A stretch of DNA of 64,000 nt from contig CBDBOV010000003.1 in NCBI GenBank assembly GCA_965208575.1, forward strand, positions 384,001 through 448,000, read 5' to 3'. Under the pieces are notes generated by a model that was not told the origin of the DNA, made no database searches, and worked only from the letters and a program-made list of their open reading frames with translations. Position 1 is the stretch's first letter, and every line of letters starts with the position of its first letter. This DNA comes from Spirochaetia bacterium. Lineage in GTDB: Bacteria > Spirochaetota > Spirochaetia > SZUA-6 > Bin103. Below, piece by piece: positions 34,441-44,077 of this stretch. A program made the translations under genes and the position numbers.

Positions 34441-35321
34441 CCGATTCCATCCTCCCGACCGCGCTGCCGTGCGAGCAGCCGGTCCATGCGTTCTTCGTAG
34501 GCGGCATAGTTCAACACCCGGTACAGTTCCGCCCGGGTCTGCAGCTCGGCGAGCACGGCGTGCTGGCCGCCCTGCTCGCGCAGCACCCGGTAGGCGCGCT
34601 GTGCGGCATGGCTCATGGCCCGGAACGCGGTGAGTGGATACAGCACCATCGCCACGCCGTGCGCGGCCAGCTCGTCCAGGGTGAACAGCGGGCTCACGCC
34701 GAATTCGGTCATGTTGGCCAGGATCGGCACCCCGGCGGCGTCCGCGGCGCGCCGGTACTGGTCGAGTGCGGTGGCCGCCTCGAAGAAGATCGCGTCGGCG
34801 CCGGCGGCGGCGTACGCGGCGCAGCGCTGCACGGCCCGCTCGGGGCCCTCCGCGGCCAGCGCATCGGTGCGGGCCATGACTACCAAGTCGCCGGCGCCGC
34901 GTGCCGCCACCGCCGCCGCGATACGGTCGGCCATCTCCGGTGCGCTGACCAGGGCCTTGCCGAGGCGGTGGCCGCAGCGCTTGGCGGACACCTGGTCCTC
35001 GAGGTGGACGGCGGCCGCGCCGGCCGCGGTCATCTCGCGCACCATCCGTTCGATGGCGAGGCCGTCGCCGAAGCCGGTGTCGACATCGACCAGCAGCGGC
35101 AGATCGGTGGCCGCGGTGATGCGGCGCGCCTCGGCCACCACCTCCGACAGGGTGGTCATGGCCAGGTCCGGCAGGCCGAAGGCCGCGTTGGCGACGCCGG
35201 CGCCCGACAGGTACAGGGCGCGAAAGCCGGCGTCCGCGGCGAGCAGCGCAGCGTAGGCGTTGATCGCCCCCGGGATCTGCAGCGGCCGCTCCGCCTCGAG
35301 TGCCGCGAGCAACCTGTTCAT
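34437..35321 (-). CDS. prpB: Methylisocitrate lyase
   Basis: LYLSGAG, GLPDL, DVDTGFG, EDQV.AKRCGHR, LANMTEFG. Confidence 0.93.
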   Translation of the reverse strand: MNRLLAALEAERPLQIPGAINAYAALLAADAGFRALYLSGAGVANAAFGLPDLAMTTLSEVVAEARRITAATDLPLLVDVDTGFGDGLAIERMVREMTAAGAAAVHLEDQVSAKRCGHRLGKALVSAPEMADRIAAAVAARGAGDLVVMARTDALAAEGPERAVQRCAAYAAAGADAIFFEAATALDQYRRAADAAGVPILANMTEFGVSPLFTLDELAAHGVAMVLYPLTAFRAMSHAAQRAYRVLREQGGQHAVLAELQTRAELYRVLNYAAYEERMDRLLARQRGREDGIG

Positions 35322-35427
35322 GAGCGGAAAAGTGCCACCTGCGGCAGTGTGTCGCCGCGCGCCGGGCCGGTCAACCGGCGCACTTGCCGGGTTTCGCTTG
35401 ATGCGCTTGCTGCGCTTGCCGGGCGCG

Positions 35428-35457
35428 TTGACAGGAGGACGGGCGGTCCGGTAGGCT
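35428..35457 (+). promoter_or_regulatory. Putative sigma70 promoter TTGACA-N18-TAGGCT for the riboswitch transcript
   Basis: Consensus -35; located ~30 nt upstream of the riboswitch core. Confidence 0.5.
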
Positions 35458-35479
35458 GCGAAGCAGAAATTCATTCAGG

Positions 35480-35682
35480 CCAACCCGTCCGGTGCCCGAG
35501 GATGCCAGCCGCATCGTTCGGGGTAACAGGGAAAGCGGTGAGAATCCGCTGCGGAGGGCCCACTGTGACCGGCGAGCCAGCCGCCGCAAAGCCACTGTCC
35601 TCATGGCGCGCACCTGCGCCGCCGCGGGATGGGAAGGGGGCGGGCGAGGCGACGACCCGGGAGCCAGGAGACCTACCGGGCA
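35480..35682 (+). ncRNA. Cobalamin riboswitch
   Basis: GGTGC...AACAGGGAA.CGGTG.GAATCCG...CACTGTGA...AGCCACTG...GGGAAGG...GAGCCAGGAGACCT.CC (B12 box), upstream of btu/cob genes. Confidence 0.93.
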
Positions 35683-35802
35683 GGGCTGAGCGGCCGCTCT
35701 CCGTCCAGGGAGCGCCTCGGGATTAGCGCCTTGTTCGAATCCCACGATGGTTGTCGGGGGATGTCGGTCACAGGCCTCGTGGCTGTCTTCACCCCTTGAA
35801 GG

Positions 35803-36930
35803 ATGCCGAGCGGCAAAGGAGTCGGGTTGCCCGTCGGCATCTCCCGTGCGCCCCTGTGGCGGCGGTTTGCACGTTCTCCATCCGCGTCCGGGTCGCCGGT
35901 GGTGCTGCGCCTTGCCCGCGGCACGGTGCTGCTCGCCGGCGCCGGCGTCGTGCTGGTGGTGACCGCGGCGGCGCTCGGGTCGTACGCGATTCCCCTGGCG
36001 GAGACCGCGGCAATCCTGCTTGACCTGGTGGGCCTGGGGGCTGGCGGCACCGCTGGCGACACCGAGCGGGCGATCGTGGCAACGATCCGGCTGCCGCGCA
36101 TCGTGCTGGCGCTGCTGGTGGGCGCCGCGCTCGGCACCGCCGGGGCGGTGATGCAGGGGCTGTTCCGCAACCCGATGGCCGATCCGGGGATTATCGGCGT
36201 GTCCACCGGCGGGGCACTGGGAGCGGTGATCGCGATTGCCGTCGGTGCGCAGGCGGCGGTCCCGCTGGCGCTGCCGGCGATGGCGTTCGCGGGAGCCGCC
36301 GGCGCCCTGGCGCTGGTATTCGCGGTGGCATCGGTGGGCGGTCGCTTCTCGATGGCTGCGCTGCTGCTGGCCGGGGTGGCGGTGAGCCTGTTCCTGGCCG
36401 CCATCATCTCCGCCATCGTGCTGTTCACCGAGGATCTGGGTGCGCAGCGCGAAATGATCTTCTGGCTCGCCGGCGGCCTCGATGCGTCGCGCTGGACGCA
36501 CGTGCGGCTGGCCGCGCCGTTCATGCTGGCGGGGCTGGCGGCGGCGGTGCTGCTGGCGCGCGATCTCAACCTGCTCACCCTGAGCGAGGAGGAGGCGCGC
36601 GCGCTGGGCGTGCGCGTCGGCATAACCCGTACCGTCCTGCTGCTCGCCGCTTCGCTGGTCACCGGGACCGCGGTCGCGTTCTCCGGCACGATCGCGTTCG
36701 TCGGGCTGATCGTGCCGCACGCGCTGCGGCTGCTGGCCGGCGCCGACCATCGCGTGCTGGTGCCGCTGAGCGCGCTGGGCGGGGCGCTGTTCCTGCTCGC
36801 CGCCGATACCCTGGCGCGGCTGGTCATCGCCCCGGCGGAGATGCGCGTCGGCATTATCACGTCGCTCGTGGGAGCGCCGTTCTTCATCCTGCTGCTGGCT
36901 CGCCACAAGGCGCGGGCTGGAGCTATGTAA
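35803..36930 (+). CDS. btuC: Corrinoid ABC permease (BtuC/FecCD)
   Basis: IRLPR, QGLFRNPMADP, IAFVGLIVPH, GAPFF; riboswitch context. Start approximate. Confidence 0.88.
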   Translation: MPSGKGVGLPVGISRAPLWRRFARSPSASGSPVVLRLARGTVLLAGAGVVLVVTAAALGSYAIPLAETAAILLDLVGLGAGGTAGDTERAIVATIRLPRIVLALLVGAALGTAGAVMQGLFRNPMADPGIIGVSTGGALGAVIAIAVGAQAAVPLALPAMAFAGAAGALALVFAVASVGGRFSMAALLLAGVAVSLFLAAIISAIVLFTEDLGAQREMIFWLAGGLDASRWTHVRLAAPFMLAGLAAAVLLARDLNLLTLSEEEARALGVRVGITRTVLLLAASLVTGTAVAFSGTIAFVGLIVPHALRLLAGADHRVLVPLSALGGALFLLAADTLARLVIAPAEMRVGIITSLVGAPFFILLLARHKARAGAM

Positions 36931-36951
36931 CTTACTTTGGAGGAACTAGTT

Positions 36952-37968
36952 ATGATTTTGTTACGAAGGCTGCGCCGAGTCGTTGGCGGAGTGTTGGCCG
37001 GCGCCCTGTTGTGGGGCGCGGCGGCGGGCGCGTTTGCCGACGGGTATCCCGCGGTGGCGGGCATCGTGGACGTGAGCAACCGCGGCTGGCCGCGCGAGGT
37101 GGACAGCGGCGAGGGCCGCGTACGGCTGCAGGCGCCGCCGCAGCGCATCCTGGCGCTGTCGCTCGGCCACGACGAGATGCTGCTCGCCCTGGTCGGGCGG
37201 GAGCGGCTGGCCGGCGTCGGGCCGTTCGCGGCCGACGCCACCTATTCCAACGTCGCCGGCCTGGTTGCCGGGCTCGACACCCTGCCGTCCAAGGATCCGG
37301 AAGGAATCCTGGCCATGCGTCCCGACCTGATCGTGGTGTCGCGGTACACCAAGGCGGACCTGGTGGAGCTGATCAAGGAGACCGGTGTGCCGGTGCTGCG
37401 TACCGCGCTGGAGAACTCCGCGGCGGGCAACATTCCCAATATTCTGCTGCTCGGGTACCTGCTCGGCGCCGAGGAGCGCGCGCTGGAGCTGGTCGCGGAG
37501 ATCGAGGGCCGTATTGCCGCGGTGGCGGAACGGGTGCCGGCGTCCGGCGATCCGGCGATCCCGGCGGTGCTGGCGATCGCCCGCTTTTCGGACACCATCT
37601 ACGCGGCCGGCGGCGGTACCACCGAGGGCGGCATCATCGAGGCGGCCGGCGGCATCAACGCGGCCGCGCGCGGCGGCATCGATGGGCACCAGACGGTGAG
37701 CGTCGAGTCGCTGGCGGCGCTGGCTCCGGAGGTGATCCTGATCACCCAGCCGGCCGAGATGGGCGGCACCGCGCTGCGCGACGAACTGCTCGCGGCGCCG
37801 GCGCTGGCGGCCATTCCCGCGGTCGCCGAGGGGCGCGTGCTGGTGGTGGCGCCGCGCTACTACACCACGCTGTCGCACTGGAACGTGCGCGGCATCGAGG
37901 AGACCGCCCGCCTGCTGTATCCGGATCGATTCGCGGGGGTGGAATTCGCCGACTTCGCCCCCTACTGA
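36952..37968 (+). CDS. btuF: Corrinoid-binding periplasmic protein (BtuF-like)
   Basis: Signal peptide, PQRILALS, EGILAMRPDL, VESLAALAPEVI; GGAGG RBS. Confidence 0.82.
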   Translation: MILLRRLRRVVGGVLAGALLWGAAAGAFADGYPAVAGIVDVSNRGWPREVDSGEGRVRLQAPPQRILALSLGHDEMLLALVGRERLAGVGPFAADATYSNVAGLVAGLDTLPSKDPEGILAMRPDLIVVSRYTKADLVELIKETGVPVLRTALENSAAGNIPNILLLGYLLGAEERALELVAEIEGRIAAVAERVPASGDPAIPAVLAIARFSDTIYAAGGGTTEGGIIEAAGGINAAARGGIDGHQTVSVESLAALAPEVILITQPAEMGGTALRDELLAAPALAAIPAVAEGRVLVVAPRYYTTLSHWNVRGIEETARLLYPDRFAGVEFADFAPY

Positions 37969-37979
37969 CCGCCAGCCGG

Positions 37980-38867
37980 ATGGATCGCCGCTCGAATGCA
38001 GCCGGAGTTTCGCCACCGGCTGCCGGCAGCAGGGCCGTGACTGCGCCGTTTGCCGGCAACGACCTTGCCGCCCGCGCCGTGTCGGTGCGCCTCGGCGGCG
38101 TGCCGGTGCTGCGCTCGGTGTCGATGACCGCGCGAGCCGGCGAGGTGACCGGGGTGATCGGACCCAACGGGGCGGGCAAGAGCACGCTGCTGCGTGTGCT
38201 CGCCGGCGTGCTGGCGGCGGAGTCGGGGTCGGTGCGCCTCGGAGCGGTGGAACTGGCGGGTATCGCCTCCCGGCTCCGAGCGCAGCGCATCGCATACCTG
38301 CCGCAGCAGGACGCGGCGCAGCCGTTCACCGCGTTGGAGACCGTGCTCATGGGCCGCTACCCCTACCTGCGGCGGTTTCAACTGGAGGGGCGCCGCGACC
38401 GGCAGATCGCGCGTGCCGCGCTGGCGCGCACCGAGAGCAGGCGGTTCGAAGCGCGCGGCCTCGACCGCCTGTCGGGCGGCGAGCGGCAGCGCGTCCTGCT
38501 GGCGCGCGCGCTGGCCCAGCAGGCGGGCGCGCTGGTGCTCGACGAGCCGCTGGCGAGTCTCGACCTGCGCCACCGGCTGGCGGTGATGGCAACCCTGCGG
38601 CGCGAGGCGGCGGGCGGCGCGGCCGTGGTGGTGGCACTGCACGACGTGGAACTGTCCGGCCGCTACTGCGACCGGCTGGTGTTGCTGGCGGCGGGGCGGG
38701 TGGCTGGCTACGGCAGCCCCCGCGAGGTGCTGGTCCCGGAGCAGTTCAGGGCGGTGTTCGGCGTGGAGGCACGGGTGTCGCGGGACGCGGCAACCGGAGA
38801 GCCGCGGGTGTGGCTGGTCGGTCCGAGCGAGCGTGCCGGCGCGGAGGCGCTCGATGGCCTCGACTGA
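37980..38867 (+). CDS. btuD: Corrinoid ABC ATPase (BtuD/FepC-like)
   Basis: GPNGAGKSTL, LSGGERQR, LDEP, LHD. Start approximate. Confidence 0.85.
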   Translation: MDRRSNAAGVSPPAAGSRAVTAPFAGNDLAARAVSVRLGGVPVLRSVSMTARAGEVTGVIGPNGAGKSTLLRVLAGVLAAESGSVRLGAVELAGIASRLRAQRIAYLPQQDAAQPFTALETVLMGRYPYLRRFQLEGRRDRQIARAALARTESRRFEARGLDRLSGGERQRVLLARALAQQAGALVLDEPLASLDLRHRLAVMATLRREAAGGAAVVVALHDVELSGRYCDRLVLLAAGRVAGYGSPREVLVPEQFRAVFGVEARVSRDAATGEPRVWLVGPSERAGAEALDGLD

Positions 38868-39930
38868 CGCGAATCTGGCCGCGGCGCTGGCACGCATCGG
38901 GCCCCTGGACGCGGGCGCGATGCGGCGCGCGGAGGCGCGGCAGCGGGTGCTGACCAAGCCGCCCGGCAGCCTGGGACGGCTGGAGGAGCTGGCGGTGCGG
39001 CTGGCCGGCATGCGCGGCGACGGGCGCCCGCGGGTCGGCGGCAAGGCGCTGGTCGTGGCGGCCGGCGATCACGGCGTGGTGGCACAGGGGGTGACCGGCT
39101 ATCCGCAGGCGGTCACCGCGCAGATGGTGGCCAACCTCCTCGCCGGCGGTGCCGCGGTGAGCGTGATGTGCGGCCGGTTGGGGGTGCGGCAACTGGTGGT
39201 GGATGCGGGCATCGCGGCTCCGGAGCCGGCGCCCGATCCGGCTCTGCGGGTGGTGCGCGCCGGGGCCGGCACCGGTGACATCAGCGAAGGCCCGGCGATG
39301 AGCCGCGAGCAGGCTGTGCGCTGCCTGGAAGCCGGGATCGGGATCGCCGGCGAGGTGGCGTCGGAAGGGGCCGACCTGATTGCCACCGGCGACATGGGGA
39401 TCGGCAACACCACCGCCGCGAGCGCGATCACCGCCGCCGTGACCGGCCGTCCGCCGCAACAGACGACGGGGCGCGGGACCGGGCGCAGCGATGACCAGTT
39501 GCGCCGCAAGATCGCCGTGGTGGAGCGCGCCCTGGCGTGCAACACGCCCGATCGCGGCGACGCGCTCGACGTGCTGGCCAAGGTGGGCGGTTTCGAGATC
39601 GCCGTGCTGGCCGGCGTCATCCTGGGCGCGGCGAGCAGGCGCCGCGCCGTGGTGCTGGACGGCTTCATTGCCGGGGCGGCGGCGCTGGCAGCCGTCCTCC
39701 TGAGTCCGCATGCCCGAGGATACCTGGTCGCCGCGCACCGCTCGGCCGAACCGGGGCACCGCGTCGTGCTGGCGCACCTCGGCCTGAGGCCGCTGCTGGA
39801 CCTGGAACTGCGCCTGGGCGAGGGCAGCGGCGCAGTCCTGGCGATGCCGATCATCGAGGCGGCAGCGGCCTGCCTGGCCGAGATGGCGACGTTCGCCGAG
39901 GCGGGCGTGTCCGACCGCGGCCAGCAATGA
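38854..39930 (+). CDS. cobT: Nicotinate-nucleotide-dimethylbenzimidazole phosphoribosyltransferase
   Basis: LTKPPGSLGRLE, DHGV, GDMGIGNTT, GGFEI, DGFI, RLGEGSGA. Confidence 0.95.
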   Translation: MASTDANLAAALARIGPLDAGAMRRAEARQRVLTKPPGSLGRLEELAVRLAGMRGDGRPRVGGKALVVAAGDHGVVAQGVTGYPQAVTAQMVANLLAGGAAVSVMCGRLGVRQLVVDAGIAAPEPAPDPALRVVRAGAGTGDISEGPAMSREQAVRCLEAGIGIAGEVASEGADLIATGDMGIGNTTAASAITAAVTGRPPQQTTGRGTGRSDDQLRRKIAVVERALACNTPDRGDALDVLAKVGGFEIAVLAGVILGAASRRRAVVLDGFIAGAAALAAVLLSPHARGYLVAAHRSAEPGHRVVLAHLGLRPLLDLELRLGEGSGAVLAMPIIEAAAACLAEMATFAEAGVSDRGQQ

Positions 39931-39934
39931 AGCA

Positions 39935-40783
39935 ATGAACGGCCTGCGCGCGGCGCTGACCTTCCTCACCATCCTGCCCGCCGGCGCCGCCAACAGCGCC
40001 GGGGGCACGCGCTCGCTGGCTACCGCACCCGCCTGGTTCCCGTTCGTCGGGCTGCTGCTCGGCGCGATTGCCGCGGCACTCGACCTGCTGTTCGGCGTGA
40101 CCGGCCTGCGGCCCGCTCCCGGTGCGTGCGACGCGGACCGTGCCGCGGCTTGCGGGGCGCTCTCCCTGCTGGCCGCCGCGCTGCTGGTCACCGCGCTGGC
40201 GGTGCTGACGCGCGCGCTGCACCTGGACGGCTTCATGGACACCTGCGACGCGCTACCGGGCGGATTCAGCCGCGCCCGGCGCCTGGAGATCCTGCGCGAC
40301 TCCCGCGTCGGCGCGTTCGCGGTAGTGGGCGTGGTGTGCCTGCTGCTGATCAAGGTCGCCGCGGTCGCCGCGCTGCCTGGCGCGAGCCGGTCCGCAGTCC
40401 TGCTGCTGTTCCCGTGCCTGTCGCGGTGGGCGATGCTGCTCGCGATGCAGATATTTCCGTACGTGCGCGAGCGCGGCGCGGGTACGCCGTTCGCCGACGG
40501 CCGCGGCCGGCGGGCGCTGGTCGCCGGCAGCGGCACGGCCGCGGCGGCCGGGCTGGCGTTGGCCGGCGCGTGGTCACTGGCGCTGCTGGCGCTGGCCGGC
40601 GCGGCCGCCTGGTCGGTGGCGACGGTCGCACGCCGCCTGATCGGTGGCATGACCGGCGACATCTATGGTGCGGTGAACGAGATCGCGGAGGTGGCGGTGC
40701 TCGTTGCGGCGGCGGCGATCACGGCCGGGGGCACCGGCGCCATGGGTTCGCCGGTCGCCGGCTGGTTTGACGGAGCGGGATGA
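39935..40783 (+). CDS. cobS: Cobalamin synthase
   Basis: FLTILP, LHLDGFMDTCD, RLEILRDSRVGAF, GGMTGDIYGA. Confidence 0.93.
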   Translation: MNGLRAALTFLTILPAGAANSAGGTRSLATAPAWFPFVGLLLGAIAAALDLLFGVTGLRPAPGACDADRAAACGALSLLAAALLVTALAVLTRALHLDGFMDTCDALPGGFSRARRLEILRDSRVGAFAVVGVVCLLLIKVAAVAALPGASRSAVLLLFPCLSRWAMLLAMQIFPYVRERGAGTPFADGRGRRALVAGSGTAAAAGLALAGAWSLALLALAGAAAWSVATVARRLIGGMTGDIYGAVNEIAEVAVLVAAAAITAGGTGAMGSPVAGWFDGAG

Positions 40784-41427
40784 TGGGAGCGAGCAGGTGG
40801 TACCTGGTTCGGCACGGCGAGACCGCCTGGAACCGGGAGTCGCGATTTCAGGGGCAGGCGGATCCGCCGCTCAACGACGCCGGCCGGGCGCAGGCGCGGG
40901 CGGTCGCGCAGCGCCTGGCGGCGGTTTCGTTCGCCGCGGCGTACGCGAGCGACCTGGGCCGGGTCACGGAGACGGCGGCGGCGGTAGCGCACGGCCGCGG
41001 GCTGCGGGTGACCGAGTTGGCCGAGTTGCGCGAGAAGCGCTTCGGCGAGTGGGAGGGCCTGAACTACCGGGAAGCGGAGGCGCGGGATCCGGAGCGCTAC
41101 CGCCGCATCTTCCGCGTACTCACCTACGATGGGCGCACCGCGCCGCCGGGCGGGGAGAGCGACCTGCAGATGCTGCGGCGGGTGTCGGGAGTCGCACGCC
41201 GGCTCCGCGACGAGCATGGCGGGCGCGACGAGAACGTCCTCATCGCGGGACACGGCGGCTCGCTGTGTGCGCTGATCGTGTCCCTGTTGGGGCTGCCGGC
41301 ACGGGCGATCTGGCGGTTCAGGCTGTCCAATTGCGGACTGTCGCAGGTCACGGTGTTTGACGACGGCGCCGCGACGCTGGACCGGTTCAACGACACCGGC
41401 CACCTGCGCTCATGCGCGGCGCACTGA
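40780..41427 (+). CDS. cobC: Alpha-ribazole phosphatase (histidine phosphatase)
   Basis: LVRHGET.WN, SDL.R, FGEWEG, GGES, HGG; cob context. Confidence 0.85.
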   Translation: MMGASRWYLVRHGETAWNRESRFQGQADPPLNDAGRAQARAVAQRLAAVSFAAAYASDLGRVTETAAAVAHGRGLRVTELAELREKRFGEWEGLNYREAEARDPERYRRIFRVLTYDGRTAPPGGESDLQMLRRVSGVARRLRDEHGGRDENVLIAGHGGSLCALIVSLLGLPARAIWRFRLSNCGLSQVTVFDDGAATLDRFNDTGHLRSCAAH

Positions 41428-41978
41428 CCTTCATCGTCGGCGGCGCCCGCTCCGGGAAGAGCGCGCGCGCCGAGCAGCTCGCGGCGAGCGGCGAGCGGGT
41501 GTTGTACGTCGCCACGGCCGAGGGGCGGGACGAGGAAATGCGCAGCCGCATCGCCGCTCACCGTGCCGCACGGCCGGAGCACTGGGACACGCTGGAGGAA
41601 CCGCTCCACCTGGCGGGCGCGTTGCGGTCCGTTCACCACCGCTACGACACCGTGTTGATCGATTGCCTCACCCTGTGGGTCAGCAACCTGCTGCTCGACC
41701 GGCCGGGGAGCGCGTCCGAGGGCGATCTCGAGGAGCGTATCCTGCTTTCTGCAAACGAGTTGTTGGATGTCCACGAGGGTTCGCACGCGAACTGGATCTT
41801 GGTGAGCAACGAGGTCGGGCTGGGCGTGGTGCCGCCGTCGCCGTTGGGGCGCGCCTACCGCGATGCGCTCGGCCGGGTCAACCAGGCGGTCGCCACCCGC
41901 GCCGGCGAGGTGTGCCTGATGGTGGCGGGCCTGCCGCTGCAGATCAAACCATCGGCGAAAGGAGACGTGGAGCAATGA
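41412..41978 (+). CDS. cobU: Adenosylcobinamide kinase / guanylyltransferase
   Basis: GGARSGKS, YVATA, IDCLTLW, VSNEVGLG, RDALGRVNQ. Confidence 0.95.
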   Translation: MRGALTFIVGGARSGKSARAEQLAASGERVLYVATAEGRDEEMRSRIAAHRAARPEHWDTLEEPLHLAGALRSVHHRYDTVLIDCLTLWVSNLLLDRPGSASEGDLEERILLSANELLDVHEGSHANWILVSNEVGLGVVPPSPLGRAYRDALGRVNQAVATRAGEVCLMVAGLPLQIKPSAKGDVEQ

Positions 41979-42625
41979 CCGATCGAACCGACAGTGCAGA
42001 GGCGCGCGAGGCGCCGGGCGGCGGCAGTGCCGACCGGCAGCATGCCGAGCGCATGCGCCGGCTGCAGGCCGAGCAGCGCGCCAAGGTGGCGCGTGCCGTG
42101 AATCCGGAGCGCGGGCTGGTGCTGGTGCATACCGGCAACGGCAAGGGCAAGTCGAGCGCCGCCTTCGGCGTGGCCGCGCGCGCCCTTGGCTGGGGACAGC
42201 GCGTCGCAATCGTGCAGTTCATCAAGGGCAAGTGGCAGACTGGCGAGCGGCGCTTCTTCAGCCGCTTCCCGGAGCAGGTGGAGTGGCGCACCACCGGCCA
42301 GGGCTTCACCTGGGACACCCAGAACCGCGCACTCGACATCGCCACCGCCCGCGCCGGGCTCGACAGCGCGCGCGAGTTGATCGGCGGCGGGCAATTCGAC
42401 CTGGTGGTGCTCGACGAGATCAACGTGGTGTCGAGCTACGAATACCTGCCGGCCGCCGCGATCGTCGACTGCCTGGAAGCGCGCGCCGACCGCACCCACG
42501 TCGTGCTGACCGGCCGCGGCGCCGCCCGCGAGCTGATCGAGTACGCCGACCTGGTCAGCGAAGTGGTAGAGATCAAGCACCCCTTCAAGGCCGGCATCAA
42601 AGCCCAACGCGGCATCGACTTCTGA
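41975..42625 (+). CDS. cobO: Corrinoid adenosyltransferase (CobO/BtuR)
   Basis: TGNGKGKSSAAFG, QFIKG, GFTW, VLDE, LTGR, KHPF..GIKAQRGIDF. Confidence 0.95.
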   Translation: MTDRTDSAEAREAPGGGSADRQHAERMRRLQAEQRAKVARAVNPERGLVLVHTGNGKGKSSAAFGVAARALGWGQRVAIVQFIKGKWQTGERRFFSRFPEQVEWRTTGQGFTWDTQNRALDIATARAGLDSARELIGGGQFDLVVLDEINVVSSYEYLPAAAIVDCLEARADRTHVVLTGRGAARELIEYADLVSEVVEIKHPFKAGIKAQRGIDF

Positions 42626-42787
42626 ACCGCCCCGCCGTCACGCGGCTCAGTCCGTGAGGCCGCCCGAGGGCGAATGATCCGGCGTTCGATGCGACTCAGG
42701 GATCACTCGTTCCGTGCGAGTCCAGGGCACCGGTGCTATTCCACGACCGTACTTGGCCCCGAAGTGACGGACGCGTGCTCGCTGTCA

Positions 42788-44077
42788 CTATCCTGTAGAC
42801 AGCGAGGCACAGGCTTGCCGAATCCGGTGCTGGTTCTCTATCTGGTGCTCGATTACCAGGGGCGACACCCGGAACGAACCGGCGATCTCGTAGTCGTCGC
42901 ACCCGCTGTTCGCCATGTCGAGGACGCTCTGCACCGGCGCCAGGAACTCGGCCGCAAAGGCGCGGCCAGCGGCTTGTCTTTCCGCATCGCGCAGTTCGTT
43001 GACGACAGATCGAGTTGTATCCGGAAAACAGACGGCATCTCCGATTGCCCGTGCGAACGCGAAATTCTGTGACTGTAGTGTCCACTGTTGCGCCTCATGA
43101 TCCCGCAAGTGGATATGGATGTCCCTGTTGTTTCGAGCGACGAGGGCCAGGACTCCGGGTACAGCAGGCGTGGCCACGAAGGTTTCGGCCCCGAGCTTCC
43201 TCGCGATAGCTTCCGTCGATGTCAGTCGTTCGCTCGGGCCCGCCGTGATCTCGGCCCGAAGCGCTTGTGCGGCGCGGTAACCGGCGGCCCAGCTTCGCTC
43301 CCGCGAACTCCAACCCACCGAGTGCCTGATCCGCTCGACGACGTCCGCCAGGTCCGGCAATCGCGACTCACTGGACGGCCGTTCCTCCGTTTGGCGTACC
43401 CATTCCAGGAGCCGTTGTGCGCGGGCTCGACTCTGCTTGCTGATACCCGCGAGAAGCTCGACAAGCGATTCTTCGGCGAACAGGTCGCCTGCATCTTCGA
43501 TGAGCTGCGCATCGGAGTCCGAAATCAAGTAGGGGTCGATGCCCAACGCCCCGGCAGCTTCGCAGAACGCGCATTCATCCGGGTCACGGAGCGATCCGGC
43601 AACGCGTGACCACCGAGCAGCCACCTCGGAGTTGGAAACGCTACGGCAGGACAGTCGATCCGCAACCCGTTCGATGAACTCTGCCAACGTGGACTCGGCG
43701 GCGTCCCGCAGGAGCAGTTCCGCGCCGGTCTGCCAGAAGCGCACACTCGGGTTATCGGATGATAGCTGCGAACCGGTGACTTCCAGGGTCGAGCCGAAGC
43801 ACTTGAAGCCCAGATTCGGCAGGGCGAACCCGGTACGATGGTGCAGTATCGAGTGTTCGCGGTCGCGACCGCCAAAGATCGACCACCAGTCGGTGGCCAA
43901 TCCCTCGGCCAAGTGGACTGCGGGCACAGTGATGTGCTCGAACGTCGTCTTGGAGTCAGGATCGAAATGGAGGCACGCATTCTCGTCATTCACGAAGATC
44001 TGGAGATTGCAGAGCGTGGCCCGCTCCTCCGCCGAGGCGTTCGGGCCGTCGCCGATCCACTCAGTAAAAAATCGCAC
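42788..44077 (-). CDS. Uncharacterised 429-aa protein with C-terminal ImmA/IrrE (M78)-like region lacking HExxH
   Basis: FAFARAIGD in place of F..AHE.GH, then RAFAAEFLAP and IAGSFRVS; GTG 44077 with GAGGAGG upstream, overlapping the preceding gene. Confidence 0.65.
   Translation of the reverse strand: MRFFTEWIGDGPNASAEERATLCNLQIFVNDENACLHFDPDSKTTFEHITVPAVHLAEGLATDWWSIFGGRDREHSILHHRTGFALPNLGFKCFGSTLEVTGSQLSSDNPSVRFWQTGAELLLRDAAESTLAEFIERVADRLSCRSVSNSEVAARWSRVAGSLRDPDECAFCEAAGALGIDPYLISDSDAQLIEDAGDLFAEESLVELLAGISKQSRARAQRLLEWVRQTEERPSSESRLPDLADVVERIRHSVGWSSRERSWAAGYRAAQALRAEITAGPSERLTSTEAIARKLGAETFVATPAVPGVLALVARNNRDIHIHLRDHEAQQWTLQSQNFAFARAIGDAVCFPDTTRSVVNELRDAERQAAGRAFAAEFLAPVQSVLDMANSGCDDYEIAGSFRVSPLVIEHQIENQHRIRQACASLSTG

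Noticed and set aside
37011-37979. 618-aa extended ABC ATPase, and similar N-terminal extensions of cobO, the MFS and the binding protein
   Set aside because: The extensions overlap upstream genes in another frame; downstream coupled starts fit family lengths.
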